DNA of 32,000 nucleotides from Candidatus Saccharimonadota bacterium (lineage in GTDB: Bacteria; Patescibacteriota; Saccharimonadia; Saccharimonadales; Saccharimonadaceae): the NCBI GenBank assembly GCA_023898645.1, contig CP060232.1, positions 30,001 through 62,000 of the forward strand, in the 5' to 3' direction. The notes under the pieces are model-generated. The model saw only the letters and a program-made list of their open reading frames with translations. It searched no databases and was not told the origin of the DNA. Within the stretch, counting starts at the first letter, position 1, and every line of letters starts with the position of its first letter. Shown here piece by piece: positions 25,835 to 32,000 of this stretch. The translations under genes were made by a program, and so were the position numbers.

Positions 25835-26374
25835 ATGAAACAAGAAAAGCATAGATTTAGCACCACGGCGGCGTTAAGCGCTGGTTGTCTTGTGGTACTT
25901 GCGCTTGCCTGTAGTTATAACGAGGGTTTAGTAAAGCAAAACGACGCTTATCTCGCAAGTAAGCAATGGGGTAGTTATGACTATGGCGTTGAACCGACGT
26001 ATGTAATAGCGATGGCATGCATTGCTATATTTGTCATGGCCTTCACGGCGCTCTTGCTACTGAGGAAATCGGAAAAGCAGAAAAGAAGTAACGTAGGAGT
26101 ATTGGTTTTCCCTGCGATACTACTACTAATAATTAATGCTTTGTGCATGTTAGACCTTTTGCTATCTAGCTGGTCAATTCCTCAACGATGCGGGGAAGGG
26201 TTCGGGCTGGGAAACTGTTTTTTGTTCGACGGACTGGGTACAATCTTTTACTACGCATCAGTCCCTCTCTTCTATTTGATTGCTGTAATCTTGTTGGTGC
26301 TGAATCGGAAATTTGGGACAAAACAGCGGAAGCTTCGGAGGTTAAAACGGAGTGACGTACCAGGAATTCTATAG
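25835..26374 (+). CDS. Hypothetical 4-TM membrane protein
   Basis: 179-aa ORF with four hydrophobic segments and a basic C-terminus (RKFGTKQRKLRRLKR). I recognise no family. Confidence 0.5.
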   Translation: MKQEKHRFSTTAALSAGCLVVLALACSYNEGLVKQNDAYLASKQWGSYDYGVEPTYVIAMACIAIFVMAFTALLLLRKSEKQKRSNVGVLVFPAILLLIINALCMLDLLLSSWSIPQRCGEGFGLGNCFLFDGLGTIFYYASVPLFYLIAVILLVLNRKFGTKQRKLRRLKRSDVPGIL

Positions 26375-26469
26375 ATTAGGAATCACTGTCGCCAGCTAAA
26401 GTGTATGATCTTGTATATCTTGGTGACGAGCACTGATTTGTTGAAGTGTTTTGCAAAAGAGGTAATTAA

Positions 26470-27483
26470 CTACTTCGAAAACCCGTCAGGATTTTGCGAT
26501 TGCCAGTTCCAGCTGTCGCGGCAGGCTTCTTGGACGGATAGTTTAGCTTGCCAGCTGAGCTCGCGCTCGGCTTTGGACACGTCGGCGTAGCAGGCGGCGA
26601 TGTCGCCAGCGCGGCGTGGCGAGACTATGTAGGGGACTTTTTTGCCACTGGCTTCTTCGAATGCATGGATTAGCTCGAGGACTGAGGTGCCACGGCCGGT
26701 GCCGAGGTTATAGACTTGAGCGCCTGGTCGCATGTGAGTGAGCGCCGCAACGTGCCCACGGGCGAGGTCGACCACGTGGATGTAGTCGCGTACGCCAGTG
26801 CCGTCGACCGTGTCGTAGTCGTCGCCAAATACAGATAGTTTGTCGCGCTTGCCTACGGCAACTTGGGCGATGTATGGCATGAGGTTGTTTGGAATGTCTT
26901 TGGGGTCTTCGCCGATCAGGCCGGACTCGTGCGCGCCGATGGGGTTGAAGTAGCGCAAAATGGTTACGGACAGGTCATCGTTGGCTATTACTGCGTCGCG
27001 CAAGATTTCTTCGCACATGTATTTGGTTTTGCCGTAGGGATTGGTCAGGTCGATGCCGACGGGTGAGTCTTCGGTGAGTGGCATGTGCTCGGGCGTGCCA
27101 TAGACGGTTGCTGATGAACTGAAGACGACTTGTTTGACGTTGTGTTGCTGCATGACTTCTAGCAGCGTGAGCGTCGAATCAAGATTGTTTTTGTAGTAGA
27201 GCAGAGGCTTTGCAACTGATTCGCCGACGGCTTTGAGGCCGGCGAAATGAATGACGGCATCGAACGAATGTTCGCTGAATATCTTGCCGAGCGCATCGGT
27301 GTCGCGGACGTCTACTTCGTAAAAAGGAATTGTGTTGCCTGTGATTTTTTCAACCCGATACAAGGCCTCAACACTACTGTTGATTAGGCTGTCGACGACA
27401 ACGACATCGTAGCCTGCGGCGATGAGTTCTATGACGGTGTGAGAGCCTATGTAACCGGCACCGCCAGTTACGAGAATGTTCAC
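26470..27483 (-). CDS. galE: UDP-glucose 4-epimerase
   Basis: 'MNILVTGGAGYIGSH', 'FSSSATVYG' and 'PYGKTKYMCE' (YxxxK). The GTG start overlaps the upstream stop (GTGA), with an AGGAGA SD. Confidence 0.92.
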   Translation of the reverse strand: MNILVTGGAGYIGSHTVIELIAAGYDVVVVDSLINSSVEALYRVEKITGNTIPFYEVDVRDTDALGKIFSEHSFDAVIHFAGLKAVGESVAKPLLYYKNNLDSTLTLLEVMQQHNVKQVVFSSSATVYGTPEHMPLTEDSPVGIDLTNPYGKTKYMCEEILRDAVIANDDLSVTILRYFNPIGAHESGLIGEDPKDIPNNLMPYIAQVAVGKRDKLSVFGDDYDTVDGTGVRDYIHVVDLARGHVAALTHMRPGAQVYNLGTGRGTSVLELIHAFEEASGKKVPYIVSPRRAGDIAACYADVSKAERELSWQAKLSVQEACRDSWNWQSQNPDGFSK

Positions 27484-28610
27484 GCACGGTCTCCTGTGTA
27501 ACTGTCGCGCACGACTTTGCGGATTTTTGTTATGAAGAGAGATTTGTCGAAGCGCTTGGCTTTGCGACGGAGGGTTGCTGGGAGGAAGTTGATAGCTTGA
27601 GCGTCGCTTATGGCGGTAGCTACGGATTCGACAGTTTGATCGCGGAAAAGTATGCCGCTGACGCCGTCGTCGACGATGTCTTTGGCGCCGCCACGGCCAA
27701 GAGCGATGACTGGCGTGCCCGCTGCAAGTGCTTCGGCGGCAACGATACCGAAGTCTTCTTCGGCTGGGAATATGGCTCCACGAGCACGATTGAGTGCTTT
27801 GGTGACGGCTTCGTCAGACGCGTCGCCATTGCGGTCGGTATGGAACTCGACTTTGGGCCCAGCTAGCGAGATCAAGTATTCGTGCTCGCTACCACTACCA
27901 AATACTTTGAGTGGCACTTTGAGCTCGGTAGCGGCTGCAACAGCTAGGTCTATACGCTTGTAGTGGACTTGGCGGCCAAGAGCAACGTAGTAGTTGCCGC
28001 GAGTACGGGCTGGTTCGAAACGGTTGACGTCTACTGGTGGGAATATGACGGTGGAGTTGCGGCCGTAGTACTTTTTGATGCGGTGCTGCACGACAGTACT
28101 GTTTGCTATGAACACATCAACGTTTTGAGCCGCCTGGTAGTCGGCTTTTTTTAGTGGCGGTACAAAAATCGGCATAGCTAGGCGAATGAGCCAATTGAGT
28201 CCGCCAAAGCCTGGGTCGCGCTTGTAATCGTTGTAGTGCGACCAATAGTAGCGGATGGGTGTGTGGCAATAGCAGATGTGTATTTGGCCGGGGCGAGTTT
28301 TGCGCACCTGCTTGGCTTCGGCGCTAGAACTGCTGATGATAATGTCGTATTCCGACAAGTCGAGAGCGCGGAATGCCTTTCCGCGCAGGTGAGGGAAGAA
28401 TTTGTGCAGTCGACGCATAGGGCCTGTGAGATTTTGCAGATAAGTGGTGCGGACGTCGAGGCCGGCAAATTCAGGCATGTTTTCGGGCACGAATGTACTG
28501 GTATAAATCGGTGCGTCGGGAAAGGCTTCGTGTAGTGCCAAAACGACTTTTTCGGCACCGCCCATGTTGGTCAGCCAGTCGGCGACGATAGCGATTTTGG
28601 GTGCGGCCAT
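27480..28610 (-). CDS. Glycosyltransferase family 4 (GT-B)
   Basis: 'KIAIVADWLTNMGGAEKVVLAL' N-terminus and 'FPAEEDFGIVAAEALAAGTPVIALGRGGAKDIV' (EX7E region). Its ATG overlaps the upstream stop (TAATG), with an AGGAG SD. Confidence 0.88.
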   Translation of the reverse strand: MAAPKIAIVADWLTNMGGAEKVVLALHEAFPDAPIYTSTFVPENMPEFAGLDVRTTYLQNLTGPMRRLHKFFPHLRGKAFRALDLSEYDIIISSSSAEAKQVRKTRPGQIHICYCHTPIRYYWSHYNDYKRDPGFGGLNWLIRLAMPIFVPPLKKADYQAAQNVDVFIANSTVVQHRIKKYYGRNSTVIFPPVDVNRFEPARTRGNYYVALGRQVHYKRIDLAVAAATELKVPLKVFGSGSEHEYLISLAGPKVEFHTDRNGDASDEAVTKALNRARGAIFPAEEDFGIVAAEALAAGTPVIALGRGGAKDIVDDGVSGILFRDQTVESVATAISDAQAINFLPATLRRKAKRFDKSLFITKIRKVVRDSYTGDRA

Positions 28611-30046
28611 TATTTTGCTCCTGTACGTCGGAACACGACAGCGATGGTTTTGAAAAGTATTTTAACGTCGAGCCAGAATGACCAGTTTTGAGCGTAAAAC
28701 ATTTCGAGTTCTATGCGCTCCTCGAATGACAGGCTACTACGGCCAGATACTTGCCAAAGGCCGGTGACGCCGGACTTGACGCTGTGTAGTAGTGCGGTTT
28801 TGGCTGGAGAAAAGTTGGCTTCTTGCGGCAAGATAGGGCGTGGTCCTACGAGGCTAAGGTCGCCACGAATGACGTTAATAAGCTGAGGTAGTTCGTCGAG
28901 GGAAGTTTCGCGTAGGAAGAGGCCGAACTTGGTGACGCGCGGATCGTTGTTGACCTTGCGGACTTGCTCGTATTCCCGAGCTAGGTCTTCGCGACCCATG
29001 TTGCGAAACTCTTCGGCGGCGTCAACTTTGCCGTATTCTGGTCGCATGCTGCGGAATTTGATCAGGTCGACGGGCTGGCTGAATCGACTGAGGCGTTTAC
29101 TGACGTAAAAGATTGGGCCAGGGTTGAAGATTTTTTGCAAAACAAGGAGCACCACAAAAACCGGTGACAAGATGATAAGAGCAATAAGCGCGATGACGCG
29201 GTCAAAGATACTCTTCATGATTGCGCCCCAGCCAATCAACGGCGTCTGGCTGACACCGATCATAGGGTAGCCGAGGAAAACGTCGACTGTGTTTTTGCCA
29301 CTATAAAATTCTGGCTCGCCCGGTATGAAGTTGTAGCTGATGTGGTTTACCTGTGCGGCACCGAGCACTTGCTGGTTGCGCTCTGCGCTGTCGTATAAAT
29401 CAGTTTGAATGATGGTGGTGATACGGAGATCGCGTACCTTTTTGAGCGCTTCTTCGACTGTGGAAAAATGGTGGACATCTAACCCGCGGGGGATGTATTT
29501 GGCTGGTCCTGCAAGGGCGACGATTTTGTAGCCGCTTTCGGCGGTGTTGGACAAGTTTTTGGCAATGTCGCGAGTGGCGTCGCTGCTACCGATGACAAGA
29601 ACTCGACTAATACCGTGGCCAAAGCGGAACATAAGTTCGCGGACAAGGCGAAGGATTTCACGCTCGAGTAGGAGTAACAGAAATGATCCGGCTAGTGCAT
29701 AGACGGCAACGAGTCGGGCGGGGAAGATGTGCTTTTCGCTGACATATTCCCAGCCGATGACGACAAGAATGCCAATGAACGCACCGAGTAAAATACGGCC
29801 CCATTCTACCAGGCGACGAGTGTAGGTACTGGGCTGGTACATGCCGAGTGCCGCAAAAAGGACGATCCATATAGGCACGATGACTAGCGATGCTTGCAAG
29901 TAATCAATGGCATAGACGGTGTTTAACAATGGTCGATGGTCGAAATGTACGCGAATGACGTAGGCCAACGTGAACGCAGCCAGTAGTGTGAACATGTCGA
30001 CGAGGACAAGGATCAGGCTGTAGTACTTGGTGTTTTTCGACGGCAT
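28610..30046 (-). CDS. Polyprenyl glycosylphosphotransferase (bacterial sugar transferase, WbaP/EpsB-like initiating enzyme)
   Basis: N-terminal TM bundle, a central Rossmann-like 'VLVIGSSDA' domain and the C-terminal catalytic domain 'DELPQLINVIRGDLSLVGPRP... SVKSGVTGLWQVSGRS'. ATG 30046 (MPSKNTKYYSLILVLVD) is preferred over the tracked start at 30088. Confidence 0.9.
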   Translation of the reverse strand: MPSKNTKYYSLILVLVDMFTLLAAFTLAYVIRVHFDHRPLLNTVYAIDYLQASLVIVPIWIVLFAALGMYQPSTYTRRLVEWGRILLGAFIGILVVIGWEYVSEKHIFPARLVAVYALAGSFLLLLLEREILRLVRELMFRFGHGISRVLVIGSSDATRDIAKNLSNTAESGYKIVALAGPAKYIPRGLDVHHFSTVEEALKKVRDLRITTIIQTDLYDSAERNQQVLGAAQVNHISYNFIPGEPEFYSGKNTVDVFLGYPMIGVSQTPLIGWGAIMKSIFDRVIALIALIILSPVFVVLLVLQKIFNPGPIFYVSKRLSRFSQPVDLIKFRSMRPEYGKVDAAEEFRNMGREDLAREYEQVRKVNNDPRVTKFGLFLRETSLDELPQLINVIRGDLSLVGPRPILPQEANFSPAKTALLHSVKSGVTGLWQVSGRSSLSFEERIELEMFYAQNWSFWLDVKILFKTIAVVFRRTGAK

Positions 30047-30061
30047 AATATATGTATCGCT

Positions 30062-30098
30062 ATTATAACACCTTGAGCCAAGCGACATGGGGTATACT
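30062..30098. promoter_or_regulatory. Divergent promoter pair between the sugar transferase operon and the O-antigen-ligase-like gene
   Basis: Minus strand: TGtTATAAT (30062-30070), 15 nt from ATG 30046. Plus strand: TATACT (30093-30098), 7 nt from ATG 30106. Confidence 0.45.
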
Positions 30099-30105
30099 TA
30101 ATTGT

Positions 30106-31410
30106 ATGAAGCATAATCTCGTTGAGCGAGTGCTTGTCGGAACACTTTTGGTGGTTGCCGCGGGTATTGTGATACATGCGCCATTAACCGTATGGCTGGG
30201 CACTGTATGGCCTCACCAAGTGCAATTTATAAAGGCCTGGAAAGAAGTGTTAATGGGCGTGGCGTTGGTGTTGTTGATTGTAGCGGCGACGCAACGTAAG
30301 CAAATTTCGACGCTTCTTCAGGATCGACTGATGCAACTGGCGCTCGTGTATGCCGGGCTGCACTTTGTACTCGTAGCTGTGTATCAGAACGGTTTGACAC
30401 AAGCTGGCGCAGGGTTGTTGATTGACTTACGATTTGTACTGTATTTCGTGCTGGTGTATGGTGCTCTTAAACTTTACCCGTGGTATCGCGAGCTGTTTGT
30501 CAAAGTATTTGCCGGCGGGGCTGTTGTGGTGCTGTTGTTTTCGGTGTTGCAACAGTTTGTGTTGCCGCGTGACTTTTTGACGCATATTGGCTATAGCAAA
30601 GACACGATCTCACCCTACTTATTGGTAGACGAGAATCCAACGTTTGTACGAATTAATAGCACGCTTCGGGGGCCAAACCCACTCGGTGCATATGCGGTAA
30701 TTGTATTAAGTTTCCTAGCGGCGATTGCCATACGTGGCAGTCTGAAACGGCGCGATTGGGGCTTTTTGGGCATGGCTGCGCTAGCGGCAGGACTGACGCT
30801 GGGAGCGAGTTATTCACGAAGTGCTTTGATAGGCGCCATTGTGGCGCTGTTAGCCGTCGTGGCTGTGTCTGTGAGCAAACGTATACGACAAAAATTTGGT
30901 TGGTCGATTTTGGCGGCAACGCTCGTTGTAATCGGCGGGCTTTACGCGCTACGTGGCAGTGAATTTGTGACGAATGTAATATTGCACGACAACCCTACCA
31001 CTGGTGCGTCGGTTGACTCTAACGCGGGGCACCTTAGCTCGGTAGTCGATGGTCTGAAGCTAGTTGCAAGTGAACCGTTTGGCAACGGTGTAGGTAGTAC
31101 TGGTTCGGCGTCGCTTGGCGGTAGCGAGCCACTTATCATTGAAAATCAGTATTTGTTTGTAGCACATGAAGCCGGCTGGATCGGACTTGGTTTGTTTGCG
31201 TGGCTATATGTAGAAATAATGAAGCGATTGTACCAACGACGACGATCCATGTTGGCCCTTGGTGTGTTTGCTAGCGGCTTGGGGCTTGCGGTAGTTGGTT
31301 TGTTTTTGCCGGTATGGGTCGACGATACGGTGAGTATAGTGTGGTGGGGTTTGGCGGCTATTGCAGTGACTGGTCCAATAGGGGGGCATCGTGCGCGAAA
31401 GGGCAACTAA
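30106..31410 (+). CDS. O-antigen ligase / polymerase-like (Wzy_C domain) membrane protein
   Basis: Polytopic protein. 'LGASYSRSALIGAIVALLAV' followed by the loop 'HDNPTTGASVDSNAGHLSS... NGVGSTGSA' and 'ENQYLFVAHEAGWIGL', typical of the family. ATG 30106 sits 7 nt after TATACT (30093-30098). The tracked ORF starts at 30052. Confidence 0.75.
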   Translation: MKHNLVERVLVGTLLVVAAGIVIHAPLTVWLGTVWPHQVQFIKAWKEVLMGVALVLLIVAATQRKQISTLLQDRLMQLALVYAGLHFVLVAVYQNGLTQAGAGLLIDLRFVLYFVLVYGALKLYPWYRELFVKVFAGGAVVVLLFSVLQQFVLPRDFLTHIGYSKDTISPYLLVDENPTFVRINSTLRGPNPLGAYAVIVLSFLAAIAIRGSLKRRDWGFLGMAALAAGLTLGASYSRSALIGAIVALLAVVAVSVSKRIRQKFGWSILAATLVVIGGLYALRGSEFVTNVILHDNPTTGASVDSNAGHLSSVVDGLKLVASEPFGNGVGSTGSASLGGSEPLIIENQYLFVAHEAGWIGLGLFAWLYVEIMKRLYQRRRSMLALGVFASGLGLAVVGLFLPVWVDDTVSIVWWGLAAIAVTGPIGGHRARKGN

Positions 31411-31735
31411 AAAACAGCAAGAATTGTTGCAGTTTATCGGTGACTTCATAGCCGAGCACAACTATGCACCAAGCTACCGCGAAGTTATGACGTCGTTGGG
31501 GTATAAGTCTGTGTCTACTGTAGCCGTGCACGTAGACGGATTAATTACAAAGGGTTTCTTGGTGAAAAAAGACAAGTCTGCCCGTTCCATACGACTGGCT
31601 TCAGAGGGACCTGAGACGGAAGAAAATACGCATTTAGCGTGGTTGCGTACGGAAATCATGAAGCGTGAAACTGCAGGTGCTGCCGACGAAGAGCTGGGCG
31701 TGCTTCGCCAAGCATTAGAGTTTTTGGACGTCTGA
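31391..31735 (+). CDS. LexA-type winged-helix DNA-binding protein lacking the S24 peptidase domain
   Basis: 'TKKQQELLQFIGDFIAEHNYAPSYREVMTSLGYKSVSTVAVHVDGLITKGFLVKKDKSARSIRL' aligns position by position with the LexA N-terminal domain as I remember it. Only ~45 further residues follow, with no Ser/Lys-dyad domain. The GTG start overlaps the preceding gene by 20 nt. Confidence 0.75.
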   Translation: MRERATKKQQELLQFIGDFIAEHNYAPSYREVMTSLGYKSVSTVAVHVDGLITKGFLVKKDKSARSIRLASEGPETEENTHLAWLRTEIMKRETAGAADEELGVLRQALEFLDV

Positions 31736-31751
31736 TACTATAATGTCCTCT

Positions 31752-32000
31752 ATGAGGCCATTGCGCCTAAAACGGCACGGAGAGTATTTACGTCAACATT
31801 GGCGAAGGTTAATCGTATCTGGTTTTAGTACGATTACATTGCTATTAATTGTTGCGCAGATGGCGTACCCCGAGGACAATTTATCACTTTATGCGATGGT
31901 TGACGGGGTTGATGTGGGTGGATTGTCTAAGAGTGCAGCGAGTAATTTACTCGACAATAAATACAAGCAGCTGCCCATTAATTTATATTTCGGGAAAAAT
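31752..32000 (+). CDS. Partial CDS (3' end outside window): N-terminally anchored protein, VanW/YoaR-like start
   Basis: Open frame from ATG 31752: MRPLRLKRHGEYLRQHWRRLIVSGFSTITLLLIVAQMAYPEDNLSLYAMVDGVDVGGLSKSAASNLL... The TM anchor followed by 'v.g..vgGlsk.eA...l' is typical of VanW-family N-termini. TATAAT (31739-31744) lies 7 nt upstream. Confidence 0.5.
   Translation, partial: MRPLRLKRHGEYLRQHWRRLIVSGFSTITLLLIVAQMAYPEDNLSLYAMVDGVDVGGLSKSAASNLLDNKYKQLPINLYFGKN

Noticed and set aside
25835-25925. Possible lipoprotein signal in the 179-aa protein (…LVVLALACSYN).
   Set aside because: Residues at positions -3 to -1 (A-L-A) do not fit the [LVI][ASTVI][GAS]C lipobox. The protein has three further TM segments, so an ordinary polytopic membrane protein is more likely.
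27597-28558. Several 60-126-aa ORFs on both strands inside the GT4 gene (e.g. 28178-28558 minus, 28236-28535 plus, 27652-27963 plus).
   Set aside because: They are alternative-frame or antisense ORFs typical of higher-GC coding sequence. The GT4 frame carries the recognisable motifs.

Overview
This is a compact, gene-dense bacterial segment with almost no intergenic space. It contains no rRNA, tRNA or CRISPR that I can recognise. My guess is a reduced-genome Patescibacteria/CPR organism, possibly Saccharibacteria-like, but that is inference from gene content and compactness only.

The window is dominated by cell-envelope glycan biosynthesis:
- (a) 1-5452: a low-GC module with a GT2 polyprenyl-phosphate-sugar synthase-like gene, a GT-C-like polytopic membrane protein, a GT4, a PAPS-type sulfotransferase and a UPF0104 flippase-like protein.
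- (b) 5537-8480: a complete PAPS cycle (Sat-CysC fusion, then CysQ) followed by a translationally coupled tandem DUF2061-like membrane protein.
- (c) 8511-14934: a second GT2, ugd, rmlA, a fused rmlC-rmlD and rmlB, interrupted by an opposite-strand EEP-family gene.
- (d) 15005-18374: Nudix, HldC-like nucleotidyltransferase, GNAT and glmS.
- (e) 18435-26374: a same-strand block of envelope-directed proteins of unknown function. It holds a 534-aa anchored surface protein, a 374-aa cytoplasmic orphan, a 947-aa SGNH-hydrolase surface protein and two paralogous small Cys-containing bitopic proteins. An HUH/Y1 transposase flanked by similar hairpins sits here, next to a 69-nt relic of a second large gene.
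- (f) 26470-31410: galE, GT4, an initiating polyprenyl glycosylphosphotransferase and a divergent O-antigen-ligase-like gene.
- (g) A LexA-DNA-binding-domain-only protein and the start of a VanW-like gene.

Best candidates for something new:
- The dedicated sulfation pathway with its DUF2061 partner.
- The duplicated 'large secreted protein with conserved C-terminal tail + small Cys membrane protein' cassette.
- A strikingly regular promoter architecture: a -10 hexamer 6-10 nt from the start codon of about a dozen unit-leading genes, implying leaderless mRNAs, while genes internal to operons carry AGGAG Shine-Dalgarno sites.

All functional calls rest on motif recognition by eye. No database search was run.
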